From NCBI GenBank assembly GCA_964016885.1, contig OZ024743.1:112096001-112160000 (forward strand): a stretch of DNA of 64,000 bases. The letters are read 5' to 3'. Positions within the stretch are counted from its first letter, which is position 1; every line of letters begins with the position of its first letter. This document shows, piece by piece, positions 25,521 through 41,426 of the stretch. Under the pieces are notes generated by a model. That model did not search any database and was not told the DNA's origin. It saw only the letters and a list, made by a program, of their open reading frames with translations. The position numbers were made by a program, and so were the translations under genes. The DNA is from Eledone cirrhosa (Eukaryota).

Positions 25521-26288
25521 CCCAGGGCCGGGGCCTTGCTCAAGCTATATGGACAGTAACAACATACTGAGATGTGAACTCCCCTCAAGCTATAGGGACT
25601 TCTCCAGAACATGTAGACACTTCTGGCCTGGACCTCCCTCAAGCTATATGGACAGTAACAGCAACATAGGTTGGGAACTCCCCTCAGGCCAGAGGGACCC
25701 ATCCAGGCTGAGCATACACCAGGATAGCCTAGAGATTGATTCTGACACAGCCTTTCTAATTTGGCCAACATCTTTCTAACTTTGAGATTGGTTATAACAC
25801 ACACATTTTATTTGAATCTTCATTTTTTCTATTATTCATTTATTTTCTTCATTTTGTTGCCTTTTATTTCTTTATATCCTTGGCAAAGTCCCCCCACAAC
25901 CACACCACCACCACCACGAGAAATGGTGCCAGGATTGATGCCAACACACACACACAGATCCTTCTAAAATCAGCAGCAGCTGGAATTAAGCTGACTCCAG
26001 CACCAACACCACTACCAACATAAGGGTAGAGGTCAGATGTACTTAACAATAACAAAAACAACCACTACAGATTGCCTCGCCTAGACTTTTGACTGAGGAA
26101 TGTTCTCACAACTGACACATGGGAGGAGAGAATGTCCTTTGACCCTGAAATTCGTTTGTTTGTTTAAATTCATATGATTCCAGTTCCTCAGTGAAATAAC
26201 AACCCACCCAGGAACTCGGCATATCAGAGTATTAACAAAGTTAAACACCTCAACAACATGTGTACTCGTCTCTACCACACTAATTCGG

Positions 26289-26343
26289 ACTGCCTGAAGA
26301 GGTCACAGTCAAAGATGGATGTCACCGAAATATATATAGCAGT
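26289..26343 (+). ncRNA. Type I minimal hammerhead ribozyme in the PLE 3' end
   Basis: ACTGC-CTGAAGA-GGT...ACC-GAAA-TATATA-TA-GCAGT, followed by AATAAA. Confidence 0.82.
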
Positions 26344-26389
26344 AATAAACGAAGCTAAATTTTAAATATCTGACTTATTTATTTTAGTT

Positions 26390-26437
<48 letters not shown>

Positions 26438-26473
26438 TACACAAAACGCCAGCACCAACAGTTTTGCAAGAGA

Positions 26474-26681
26474 TGTCAACATGAATTGACCTATTATTTT
26501 TATCTAAAGACGTGTTGTCCAATTCCACCCCGCCTGTCCCCTCAATCTATCTTATTTCTCATTCTTTCTTCAAGGACTAGCGTCCGAAACGTTAAGACAC
26601 TCTTCCTGATATGTTAAGCGTTAACCTAATATATCCCTTCCATATACTGTACCGATTGTGTTGGTATTGCTGTTTACGTTT

Positions 26682-26682
<1 letters not shown>
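26474..26682 (+). mobile_element. Short PLE-tail-like repeat, copy 2 (core partly deleted)
   Basis: Homology to 15868-16082; TGATG missing before AAGGACTAGCGTCCGAAACGTT. Confidence 0.7.
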
Positions 26683-26735
<53 letters not shown>

Positions 26736-26787
26736 AAACTAAACAGCAATATATATATGTATACATATATATATATATATTGCTGTT

Positions 26788-26934
<147 letters not shown>

Positions 26935-27183
26935 CAACTTTGTCAGTCAGCAATCAATTCCGAAACTCGGTTGGCCAAACAGTAACTCTTTCACTTAGAT
27001 TCAAAGATGGCTAAAAATCGGTATGTAGCTGTGTAGCAGCCAGAGAGAAAGAGTGTGATTGGTTGCTTACGGCGGGTAGGCTTGCTGGTTAATTATGCTA
27101 ATCGGAAGAAGAAATAGTATATATTTTAATATCTGATGATTCTATAGACATGATTTATGATATATATATATATATATATTTAC

Positions 27184-28330
<1,147 letters not shown>

Positions 28331-28392
28331 TATATATGTCTGCAGAAGGGCGTGGTGTTTTTTCCTGCTGGCAGCATATCACTAAATCGAAT

Positions 28393-28483
28393 TTCATCTG
28401 AGGATACCGTTCTAATAACAACCACAAATGCATGAAAGACTTCTTGATCGCATGGGAGAACCGTGGAAATAATTATAAAGATT
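28393..28483 (+). ncRNA. Degenerate hammerhead motif
   Basis: CTGAGGA-TACCGTTCT...AGAACCGTG-GAAA-TAATTA-TA; helix I pairs poorly. Confidence 0.5.
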
Positions 28484-29382
28484 AAACGATTTATGTAACA
28501 TCAGCATTTTTATTTTTGTTATATATATATATATTTGCTCTACGGTTCTTATATATTTGATATATATTTATCCTTATCGAGCCCTCTTTTGATTTTAGTC
28601 TTCAAATTTATTACTATATATATATATATATATATAGAAAGGTATCTATATTTTAAGTTCTAGTTAAACTTTGATTAGTTACCTACCTAGCTATGTGGGT
28701 TTGCACACTTTATCAATTATTCCCTGTGATTTGTTTATATGTTTATTATATATATATATATATATATATGTCAATCTATTTGTAGTTGATATAAAATGCT
28801 CGCTTCTATTCATGGAAATCTTTCAGGTTACTCTGTAATGGATATGGCGCATATCTCTCAGACATGACACTCTTAACTTAATTTTGGATATATATACCGC
28901 CCCTTAATTTTAGAGCTAACTCAGATGAATGGACTTGGCTGCTATTTCTAGCTGTCGATAATCCTATTCACACCACTGGCATGACGCTGTGCGATGTGTG
29001 TATTTTTTTTTTAAATGCAACACGTGGTACGAGTCATTCACACATTTGCATTTGCTGTGTAAACACAGATAGTTAGATGTTCTCCTTTGGTGACCATCCG
29101 GATTTGACTACTGTGATTTACCGATTAATTGGTGAAATATATATTTTTATTTAAAGAAATATATACAAAGGAGATCAATCATTTAAAATATTTTACATAT
29201 ATATATGTCAATCTATTTCTAATTGATATATATATATATATATATAGCCCTTATTTTTCAACTTTCTAAAGGTTTAGCTCCCATCCCCCATCTTGTTTCA
29301 ATTAACAAAAAAAACAATGTATGCAAATCTTTACCTCAAGCAGACAACTGCAAGGCGACCCACATCGACCGTAATAGTGTAT

Positions 29383-29535
<153 letters not shown>

Positions 29536-30051
29536 TGGGGCTGGTGTATGTATATGTGTTTGTGCGTGTGTACTTGTGTGTATGTATGACATATTGCTGT
29601 TGTGTGCATTTAACGCGTGCCACTCACAAGATATTCATCAACCTCAGGTTATAGAAAAAGCATTTGCTCAAGGTGCCATGCAAAGGCACAAATCCAGAAC
29701 CATTTTGATGCGATGCGAACACCTTACCAACTCGGTCATATATGTATATATATATGTTAAACCTAGGATTATAGGAGAGGACAAGGCAGTGAACGAAAAG
29801 AAGGCAAAACAAAATCACAATTTTTTTAAATATTTTTTTAAGGTTCCCTTAAAAAGAAATTAAAAAAAAAAAAAAAATACATACGAAAGACAAAGAAGTT
29901 CAGGGTCATTGGTTATTGAGGTGAACTTTTCCAGTTTCCTCCCCTACCAAAGGTACTATCAGTACATTCAGGCACATAGCTTCTGACACAAGTTAAATAC
30001 TGTCTAGTGGAGTAAGAGACCAAAGACAAATCATTAATTTATAGTGACGTC

Positions 30052-30233
30052 TGGATTGGCAGTATCGGTAGAGGTTCGGACGCCATGCTTTGACGCATAG
30101 AGTTACGGCCCTTGCCATTCTGAGTTCAAATCCCGCCGAGGTTAACTTTGCCTTTCATCCTTACGGGGTCGATAAAATAAAGTACCAGTAATGTACTGGG
30201 TAATTTTCTGGCCTTGTGCCAATAGTAGAAACA
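30052..30233 (+). mobile_element. SINE family 1 copy with 19-bp target-site duplication
   Basis: ATTAATTTATAGTGACGTC at 30033-30051 and again at 30234-30252. Confidence 0.95.
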
Positions 30234-30978
30234 ATTAATTTATAGTGACGTCAAGCTTTTTATAGCATTAAATTCTCGGAATAAAACAGAGGAAAAGAAA
30301 AAAAGAAAAGGAAGAAAACAGCAAGAAGTAGAAATTACTACATCGTGTTAAAAAAATGTAAACCATTTAATTTAAGAGAGAGGAGTTAACACATTCGTCA
30401 GAGATTATTTATGATAAACAGGAATATTAACAGAGCGAACAAGACAACGAACGAAAACAAGGCAAAACGGAAAAAAATGTTAAGGGGGAACCTAAAAATG
30501 TTTTTTTTTTAAATAATAACAATACAAACGAAAGACACTGAACTCCAGGGTCATCAGCCGTTGAGATAGACTTTAGTGTGAAAGGAAGTAATATTTTAGC
30601 TGGATGTCTTCTACGCAGAAGAAGGATCGTTCATAAAAAGTTACCTCCCCAACAAGAGTCTATTTGGTGTCACCCTTCCTATTACAGAAATGAAAACTTC
30701 TGTGAAGAATTCATCCTACGCAAAAATACTTCTTTTCACAATATATATTTCCTTTCACAATATATATTTCCTTTCACAATATATATTTGTTTTCACAAAC
30801 ATTGTTTCAAGTATCTTTTGTTGATTGTTGTAAAAGTAACTCTACTCACCACTCACCCATTGGACTAAGTACTCAATTTTTGGATATTGTTTTTTTTAGC
30901 ACTCTGGTTGACCTATACATTTATCAGACAATGTGATTAAATATTTTACGTATTAATCAAAATTTGAATATACATACA

Positions 30979-31005
<27 letters not shown>

Positions 31006-31010
<5 letters not shown>

Positions 31011-31300
31011 CAATATATTAATAAATGGAAACTATATTTATAAAACCATATTTATTTTATTATGGTGCGCTTTCATCAGATAAAATACAAATTTGTTTTA
31101 TAAAATTGTATCTGAGGAAAGCACACTATAATTTTCCTTGGTTGCCCTTGAAATATATATAATAAAATAAATATAGTTTTATAAATATAGTTTCCATTTA
31201 TTAATATATTGTGTATTTACTCCACTAACTTGTTGAGTGCATTATTTCAGTTATAAAAATGTTTAAACTTGTTTAATCCCAACAAATTAAATATAACCTC

Positions 31301-31305
<5 letters not shown>
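31006..31305 (+). mobile_element. Fold-back PLE-type remnant with hammerhead at 31106-31167
   Basis: Inverted arms at about 31006-31060 and 31160-31216; TTGTAT-CTGAGGA-AAG...CTT-GAAA-TATATA-TA-ATAAAA. Confidence 0.75.
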
Positions 31306-31339
<34 letters not shown>

Positions 31340-31760
31340 TGGCGGCAACTCGATTTCGAATAATGCTATCGCTTGATAATTAAGCATGAGCATCAGGGAT
31401 GGCTTTTTAATTCTTATAGCGACTTCCCTATAGCCAGTAATAACATGCATGCATCGCAAAAGTATCACATATCACGCAATGCCTATGCTTGAAGCTTTTT
31501 TAAGCGATGGAAGGTTTTGCACGAGGCCAATCCCGCTCTCTGAAAATCGAATGCATATACCAAAAGGAAGAACTGGTCTACGTCATTGGGTGCAAACGAA
31601 GACGCAGGTTTTCCATCAGATTAACCTTCTCCTAGAGAAATGTCTTAATGAAGATTAGGAGTCTCTCGCTCCACAAAAAAAGATTTATTGGATGGCCGTT
31701 AAAAAAGCAGTTAGTACAGTCCTTGGTTAACTCGACCATAGGGGAGTTTGGGATAATATG

Positions 31761-31950
31761 ATAATTGTTTCTACTTTTGGCACAAGGCCAGTAATTATCC
31801 AGTACATTACTGGTACTTTATTTTATCGACCCCGTAAGGATGAAAGGCAAAGTTACCCGCGGCGGGATTTGAACTCAGATCGTAAAGGGACGTAACTATG
31901 CTGCAAAGCATGGCGTCCGACTCTCTACCGATACTGCTAATTCACCGCCC
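31761..31950 (-). mobile_element. SINE family 1 copy
   Basis: Full-length reverse complement with A and B boxes. Confidence 0.92.
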
Positions 31951-32667
31951 CATGATAATGAACTGCACTCACATATTCATATGTATATATGTGTGTGTGG
32001 TGCCCGCCTTAACAAGTTTTGCTCGATGACCGAATATATTCACATGTATATATTTATACATATGTGTGTATGTGTGTGTCGCTGTGCGTGTGTGTATATG
32101 TCTTTGAAACATTTAATGTAGGCGCCATAATATAGGCACACATAATGTAGCCACTATAAATCTATATGAATGTGTATATTAAGATTTCAATATGGAAAAA
32201 AATATACACTATTGTACTTGTTCATTTGCATATAGTTTCGTACAGTTATAATAATGATAATGGTGATGATGATGCAAATGGCAACGTTGACTATTACGAT
32301 GGTTGTGACGATGGTAGTGTTGGTGGTGATGATGGTGATTAAATTTTAAGTGTGAACCCACTACTGCTTGATGCCGGTTAAATTGGCAAGAGTAAGAATG
32401 TTCACTATTTAATGGCAATGGCGGTGTTTATGGTGATGCCGGTAGTATTGATGGTAGATTTACACGTGTTGGGTTTCATAATGCTGTGGCATTGCGGATC
32501 TTATTCCATCGTCGTCACTAATGTTACATTGATAATTCCTTATATTAGTGTTCTTGTTTTTACTCTTGAGGTAAGCGGTAATGTCAGATGACAGGACGGG
32601 GTTGAAGAGGAAGGTGAGTAGACAGATGGCAGCTTTAAAGCCAAAGCCCTTAGATTATACACCCCTC

Positions 32668-32698
<31 letters not shown>

Positions 32699-32706
32699 CT
32701 ATCTAC

Positions 32707-32740
<34 letters not shown>

Positions 32741-33140
32741 TTATATATATATATATAGCAGAAAAAATACTTAATAATAAGGAAACCAGCTGCCAAAATT
32801 TCATAGTCCCCACTCCTGTTGTTGTTATTTATTCTATTGCTATGTGTTCGAGGGAAAAGAAGTCAGTTTGACACCAGCTTGACGTTGAGTCGCGCCTAAC
32901 TTGTCAAAAGATCGAGCTTTTCTTCCTGTAGCGGTCTCAGATATCTTGAAGTTTTGCAAAAGAAAATAAGAAAACTGGTGAAGAAACTCGACAAATGCTT
33001 AATCCAGGATTATCCAACTTTAAGGTCCATCAAATATAACACAAGTATTTGTTCATTTGTTAGTTCGGGTTGTTTTGTTTTGTTTTTTTGTATTTTTGAG
33101 TTCTTTTATTTTGTTTCTTTATTATTATTATTATTACTAT

Positions 33141-33181
<41 letters not shown>

Positions 33182-33559
33182 TCTGTGTATGTCATACTAA
33201 AATATATGAAGAAAAATGAAAGCCAGCAATGACGACAGAGAGAAAGAAAATAGAAATCCCTGATCTCTCAATTCTTTTCCTTTTGTTTAAGTAAATCGAC
33301 AATAGTAATATCATTGACCATAAGGAAAAGAATGTGTACTCTCCTCATTTCTCTTCCTTCTCACCATCATCATCTTCATCCAATCAACATTATCATCAAC
33401 ATCGTCATTATCATAACCACGATAACTCCACCAACACTATTACCATCATTATCATCACAGCCACTGCACTACCACCATCAAAACCATCATCATCACCACG
33501 ATTATCAACAACATTATAATCAATATTATCATCAGAGCTATTATTATTACATTTATTAT

Positions 33560-33982
33560 GGTGGATTGGCAGTATTCGTAGAGGGCCGGACGCCATACTT
33601 TGCAAAATAGAGTTACGGCCCTTTATAATATGAGTTTAAATCCCGCCGAGGTTAACTTTGTCTTTCATCCTTACGGGATCGATAAATTAAAGTACCTGGG
33701 GTCGATTTAATCGACTTTCCCCTCCCCCAAAGCTGCTGGCCTTGTGCCTATATAAGAAACCATTATTACATTTATTATTATTTTCATCAGGGCGGTGGAT
33801 TGGCAGTATCGGTAGAGTGTCGGACACCATACATTGCAGTATCAAGTTACGGCCTTTCACGTTCTGATTTCAAATCCCACCGAGGATAACTTTGCCTTTC
33901 ATCCTTACGGGGTCGATAAAATAAAGTACCAGTAATACACGGGGGTAATTGCTGGCCTTGTGCCAAAAACAGAAACAATTTT
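33560..33982 (+). mobile_element. Two adjacent head-to-tail SINE family 1 copies (33560-33770 long variant, 33790-33982)
   Basis: Each has GGATTGGCAGTAT, a B box, the core and an (ATT) tail; the two are clearly diverged from each other. Confidence 0.9.
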
Positions 33983-35025
33983 TATTATCATCATCATTAT
34001 CACTATAATGATTTTTCACTATGCAACAACGTATATCTATATGGGGAAGAATGATAGTCATTTGGTGCAAAACGCTATATGATTTTGTTTAACCCATGGT
34101 GAAGTTTGTTCAAGCAGACCAATTACCAATGAGTTCCAGCTATAGTCACCTCGCCTCAGTTTTAATCATTATATATAGGTCTGCATTAACTAACATATCT
34201 TTCCATTTTTAACACATTGAGTCGGGATGTGAAATAAGGTAAGGGACATGGCTGCTGTTTCGAGCAAGTCAAGCAACCAAATTAAAGTTGCTTTGATATG
34301 TCAATACATTTTATATAGTACTCATTTGTCTTTCCCACTTTCAAGTTCAAATCAGACTAGAGTGGGTAACGTTATTGCCAGTAATATATAAAAATTTAAT
34401 TCGGGTGACTTTAAATCAATAATTTCAAAAGTAAACGATTATGTTTATTTATATTTCGAGTAAAATTTATATACGAAAACAGTGATTGCGGCCAGAAATC
34501 ACTTTTGGTTGTTTCGTTAATCAGTTCCGAATGTTTGTAAATATATCCAAGATACTATTAACGGAACGACGTTCTACAAATAGCGAGATTATTCTGGTAT
34601 AGGAGGTGATACTGTAAAACTGTAAGTTTATCATATAATCAAGTATTTTTCATGTTTCTTACATACCTCCCGGTCATATTTTGTATGTATATCTTCCTCT
34701 CTGTCAAGCTTTCTCCGAATTTCGCGTAGTTTATAAATAGAACGACAGGTAGAATGCTTCACGGTATTCCTTCCGGCTCCTACCCTCTCAGATCAAATCC
34801 TCCTTAGGTCAAGTTTTCATCATATCGAGTTCGATAAATAAAGTACCTGTCAAGTCTTAGGGTCACGTCGGACTCTATATCTATTTCTCACTTCTTCTCT
34901 TCGAGAAAAAATCTGCCAAGTTTAGACCTGGAGAAATAAGGCCACAGATAGGTTTAAAAAGCACAAGACATGGCGTATGTTAGGAGGGCGCTGTAACGAT
35001 TCTATATGTAGTTAACTGCCCACAT

Positions 35026-35543
35026 CAGAATGGGTGGAAAGAAATTCCCTATGGAATATTACTTATAAAGTTTGACATACTGTGACCACACAGGTCAAAA
35101 TGTATGACCTCATATTAATGCAGGATGAGGCCCATCCTCATTTTTACGCGCTACCCGTGAGTGGCTTGATGATGCCCAATTAATATGGCTTTGGCTGCAC
35201 AAATGAACAGCAGGTAGGCCTACCTACACACCATGCGATTTTTTCCCTGTGAGATTGGGCGGAGGAAAAGGTTTATAGCACAAAACCAAATTCGATTGGA
35301 GGAACGCAGTCCTCATGTACTTATAGACATACCACCCGAGTTTCTGCTGAAGATAGTGGAAGGAAGGATATTCCCAGACGATTACAAACACTGGTGGACA
35401 ACGCTGATTCCCATGTAAACGTTTATCACTGTGCTGTACGTCTACCGTTATACAGTTGAAAATAAAATAAATGTTATGAAAATCAAACAATAATAAATAT
35501 TTATTAACAATTTTGAATAGAAAGTTTGTTTCCACCCATTCAA
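35026..35543 (+). mobile_element. Internally deleted Tc1/mariner DNA transposon
   Basis: Imperfect 25-bp TIRs (GAATGGGTGGAAAGAAATTCCCTAT / ATAGAAAGTTTGTTTCCACCCATTC). Transposase relics MQDEAHPH and TPCDFF resemble QDGAPPH and DLTPCDFFLWG. Confidence 0.75.
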
Positions 35544-36615
35544 TATAGAAAAATTTCTGCGCACATAAAACACCGCCAGACCCATGTATATATGTGGGAC
35601 TACGAGTGGAAGTCAACAAAAATAGATTGTAAACAAAATCAAAACAGAATGTATGACATACATACGCCTCCAGTACTCATTGCATTGGATAGAAATTCTT
35701 TGGATTTTGTATACTATATCCAAAATTTAATTAAACATTAATTGCAAGCAAGTACCATTCATTTATCTAAACTCCTACTGTGAAATTATTCTAAAAAATA
35801 TAAAATAGCCAATCTAAATAATATGCTTGACGTCGCAAAACATATTCTGATAAATATACGTGTCTCAATGTCTAAAATTTTTATAAAAACATTTGTTTTT
35901 TTGTTTTGTTTTGTTTTTTTTGCTAAAGAAAAGATGTCTTAAGTCATTTTGAAATACACCTTGGCATCAATTCAAATATCATTGAAATAAATGAGATTTT
36001 AGTGAGTAACTATTAATTTACATCATTGTAATGTGTATTTTTCCATACCTGCATCCGGCTTCATATCTTCTGCTTCTATTTTCTATTTTTCTTAAAGTTC
36101 TCCTCATACTTTGTCTTCATTTTCCGGACACATTTTGTGTTGTTGTTCTTTTTTATTTTGTTTCATTTTATCATATTTTTTTTTGTATTTTCAACATTTT
36201 TCTTTAATTAAAATTTAATAACAATCGGTTTCAATGTTAATGATATTTCTGGTTTTCCATGTGCGTTAATTCAGTTTATGAATAGTTTACATTTAAATTT
36301 TATTTTTATCTTTATTTTTTACTTTATTTTATTTTACTTTCTGAACGTTTCAGACCACATTTTGAGTTTATGATTCATATGACTATATTCTTACTATGAT
36401 CAATGACATTCTTCCGGTTCTACTCAATTGAAAACTGATCTAAATTCAAGGACTTGCTCACCCAGTGTTCACTTCCGCCATCTTTACACCGACATCAGTT
36501 ATTATTTGGTCCAATCACGCAATTGCTCCGTTCCTGCTCATATTTTCACCATATCCACTACCCATTCATAAATAGGCGTTTATCTCAATCTTTCCACACA
36601 TTCTATACTTATATA

Positions 36616-36714
<99 letters not shown>

Positions 36715-36749
36715 GGATAGATAGATATAGATATATATTTATATATATA

Positions 36750-36816
<67 letters not shown>

Positions 36817-36848
36817 CTATATATATATCTATATACACACACATACAT

Positions 36849-36920
<72 letters not shown>

Positions 36921-37002
36921 ATATATACTCTCTCTCCCCCACCCTCTCTCTGCCGCTTTCAGGGAGAATAACGACAATTATGATTATTATGCTTGTCCTT
37001 TA

Positions 37003-37580
37003 CTTTACCTTTCATCCTTACGGGGTCGATAAAATAAAGTACCAGTAATGCACTGGGTAATTGCTGGCCTTGTGCCTAAAGTAGAAACAATTATTATCCT
37101 TATCCTTATATTAAATCGTATTGCTTTTCGTGTGTTTAGACCAGTAATTATTCTTTATATTTATATTTATTATCATTATTATTAATGTTATTAACAATAT
37201 TAATATTATTGGATATTCAATATTGCCATAATAATTATTGTAATTCTTCTCAATGTCCTATTTCATTATTTGAAATATTAATATCATATTTCTGTTTTTG
37301 TTTATATTTGCTATTGCTATTGAATATATTTCATCTTATTCGGTTCATATTTCATTGTATATATCTTACGGGTAGTTGCCATTGGTACTACTGTTAGTAA
37401 TCTTTGGAGTTAAACGTAGTACATAACACATTCGGGATCACACAGCATTAGAATTAGAGACACTTCCATATACATAACTGTTTCTACTATTGGCACAAGG
37501 CCAGAAATTACCCAGTAAATTACTGGTACTTTATTTTATCGACCCCGAAAGGATGAAAGGCAAAGTTAACCTCGGCGGGA
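37003..37580. mobile_element. Two 5'-truncated SINE family 1 copies in convergent orientation (37003-37095 plus, 37478-37580 minus)
   Basis: Core and tail sequence are present on opposite strands. Confidence 0.85.
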
Positions 37581-37758
37581 ACACTAACTATTTATGTGTG
37601 TATGTCACTTTCTGTCTCACTCTCGACTTCCCCCTCTCGTAACATTTCTGTATATTCCTCTCTCGTCCCTCTTTCTTAACAATTTTTATATTTCTCTTAA
37701 TTTTCAGTTTGGATGTATAAATGAGTGTACATTTATGCATATGTAAACAATCACGCAT

Positions 37759-37867
<109 letters not shown>

Positions 37868-38067
37868 TGTATATATACATACATTTATACATTTATGCAT
37901 ATGTACACAAACACGCATACACACACACATGTATATATATATATATATATATATACATGTGTGTGTGCGTGTTTGTGTACATATGCATAAATGTACACTC
38001 AGTTATACATCCAAACTGAAAATGTATACATATATATATTATGTATGTATATATATATATATACGTA

Positions 38068-38159
<92 letters not shown>

Positions 38160-38185
38160 GGTACGTATGTATATATATATATATG

Positions 38186-38225
<40 letters not shown>

Positions 38226-38791
38226 TGTATGCACGTATACGTGTAGAAATACACTCGCATATATACACTTCTACACGTGAATACATCTGGATATATATAT
38301 GCATACATACATGTATGTATATTCATGTTTGTGTTTGTGTGTGTAAACGAAATGTATCATTCATGCTTCTGTGTAAATATATAATTTCTAATGCCATGTC
38401 ATTTTCAAATACATGTCCTCTTCTGTTTACAAATAAACTGTATTCTCGAATTGCTTAATGTTTGTTTGGATTAAAGTAGGATGTGGATAATAAAAACTGG
38501 AATTGAAGCGTGAAATAAGCACATCGTGTAGAGTACACACACATGCTATGTTGTTCTGAAACGAAGAGTGTATTAGGTTCTGAAACAGGAAATTCACAGT
38601 CTCCGGTTTTGACTAGCCTTTCAATGCTTTATAGCTATTACAAATACATTTTCAGAGCAGCTATCAAGTGCAATACAATATCTATTTTGATGTTTGTATT
38701 TCAATTTATATCATTTCTAGCGCAATCTCCCTCCATTTATTTCTCATCTTAACATCTGCCGTCTCTCCCCCTCTTTTTCTTCTAACATCTG

Positions 38792-38833
<42 letters not shown>

Positions 38834-38929
38834 TCCCTTTCGCCGTCCCCCTCTCGTAACATTTATGTCGCTTTCTCTCTTGTCTCCCTCTCTTAAAATC
38901 CGCTAATTTCTTTCTCTCTCAATCGCGTT

Positions 38930-38991
<62 letters not shown>

Positions 38992-38998
38992 TCTCTCT

Positions 38999-39077
<79 letters not shown>

Positions 39078-39817
39078 TTCGTATGCAACCTACACACATT
39101 AATTACTAGAGTATCAACACAGAGTGTATTTTTAATAATTAAATACCCATTAAATGTATATATCTTTAGTCTGGCTTTTAAATTAGGCATTTTCTGTAGC
39201 TTTCCGAGAGGATCAAACCGACCAGTTGGATACGTATATTCCTCCCTATACTTATTTATTCATAACCCACGTTGTGTTGGTACTCCACTATGGTAATTAT
39301 TATAGACCCTTCATTTCTAAGCTATTATGTAAATGAGTTCTTCTTGATCAATTTTTTTTTCCTTTTAAAAACTGTGCATTCCGCTACTTTATATCCATAT
39401 ATTAGAAGGGAGGACAGAACGAATCCCAACCATTTATTTCCTTCCTTATTGATCGTGCTAGAGTACATGGCTTAGCTCAGGGTTTTAGCATGCTCTACAA
39501 GACCAGTGAACTCGATACACACATATAACAAACAGTTTCAATATCCGCAACCTGCAGGAAAACATCATGTGAAAGGAAGGAAATCAAGAGACCCAAATTT
39601 CCGTGGAGGAAGGACTAGATGTATATGTTATACCAGGATGTACACAATACAACAAGAGGAAGACGACCAAGGGAGATTTGTGCCTGCATGGGTGTGATAA
39701 GAGGACACCCAGTTTCTTAGAGCAAAAGCAGCTATAGTAACGGTACGAAAAGCAGAAAAAGGACATAGATCTTCTCTAAGGAGTATAATTCGGAGTGGAT
39801 TTCTGAGTGCCATATGA

Positions 39818-40060
39818 GGGAGGGCGCGTGGCTGAGTGGTTAGAGAATTGTATTCACAATCGTGAGAATATGATTTCGATCCCCAGACCGGGCGATGCTT
39901 TATATTCTTGAGAAAGACACTTTATTTCACGTTGCTCATTTTGCCTGGAATTGCGCCCGACAGATAGTATTAACAATTGTAAAGACCAATGGAAACATTT
40001 TTTCCTCGGTCCAATTTGACGAGGCCTGTGATCGTGTTGATCAACTATCGATATGAGGGA
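39818..40060 (+). mobile_element. tRNA-derived SINE family 2
   Basis: GGCGCGTGGCTGAGTGGTTAG A box, GATTTCGATCCC B box and CTTGAGAAAGACACTT body; homologous to 15654. Confidence 0.75.
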
Positions 40061-40994
40061 ATAGTTAAGATGCTTGCTTCACTTTGTTAGGTCCTTGATC
40101 CGATTCCACTGAGTGGGATCTCGTGATGGTGCCACTAAATATAGACTCTGGACGACCCATGCCTTTTCAGTGAAATTGCGTAAAGGGAAACTGATTGGAA
40201 CCCCGTCGGATGGATTTTACTTATAATTCAAAGGTCCAGGGTAGTTTCACAATGTATCACACTGAATCTCATTGAGAATTACGTTAAGAGAACATGTACA
40301 TTTTGAGGGCTAAATCTCTTACAAATTAATTTCTTGAGTAGGCTGTTCATAGTAATGACATACGACGTATTTGGGGCATATCAAACCCAACGAAAGCAAT
40401 CTCTATTTCAGATCTCCGATTTCTTCCGGAGAGAGAGAGATGGAGATAGAGAAAGAACGAAAGAGAGAGAGAGAGAGAGAAAGAAAGGAAGAGAGAGTGA
40501 GAGAGAGAAAGAGGGAGAGAGAGAGAGAAATGGAACTGAAGTAGTGAAGAGATCGATCCAAAATCTGGTCTTGTACATTACTTTATCGAGCGCAAATGGA
40601 TGATAGGCAAAATTAAGCTCAAGGTATTATAATCATCAACTAATAATTTCTCTGTAAAAACCTAAGTACGTGTAATCTTAAGTTTCTAACTTCATGATCA
40701 TCCGGAGACCGGTATTCTACAAAGGTTTCTTGTAGTTCATAAGAAAGATAACCTACAAAGGCTTTCTTGTATTTGATGGGAACGATAACAAGGCTTGATC
40801 CATATTGAAAGACATTACTTGTTACAAATGCTCTCCAGGTTATTATTCAATGAAATATTGCATACGGTCGTTAAAAGCGTTATACACACATATTTGTGTG
40901 TTTCTCTGTGTGTGTGTGTGTAGTGACCCCTTACCAATATAAGTACAAAATATATGTGCGTATATGTCCAACCCAATATAATTATACGTATATG

Positions 40995-41072
<78 letters not shown>

Positions 41073-41116
41073 GGAATACTGTTAGCTTCTCGCTACAATA
41101 ATTTCTATACTTTTCA

Positions 41117-41147
<31 letters not shown>

Positions 41148-41317
41148 TCGTTTCTGAATTTGTTTAGCAAGATTCTTTATCTGAAAACGTGAAATTAGAG
41201 TGAAAGCAACTGGTGCGTGTGTTTCTTATTGGAAACATGACCCTCCTAAAGCATAACAATATATATATATATACATACATATATATATATATATATATAT
41301 GTGTGTGTCTGTGTGTG

Positions 41318-41426
<109 letters not shown>

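Larger units (their letters stand above)
22785..26397 (+). mobile_element. Near full-length degenerate Penelope-like element (tentatively Nematis-like) inserted in (TA)n
   Basis: Broken ORF with TLKDHKPNF, VRLISP, DITMGSSDSAQVTDLVG, YCDDAL, YVNPKSN, FPRDHRYHKIFNRHTVNLSYS and CNCRNPESCPL..C..NVIY..LYIGTT (GIY-YIG). A hammerhead and AATAAA lie at the 3' end. Confidence 0.88.

Noticed and set aside
28905-28960. Resemblance to the Cas9 sgRNA scaffold (TTTTAGAGCTA and GCTAGAAATAGC)
   Set aside because: The two short matches lie on opposite strands and the rest of the scaffold is absent; coincidental.
36335-36390. Minus-strand GAAACGTT hammerhead-like half
   Set aside because: No CTGANGA or U3:A8 core and no convincing stem II.
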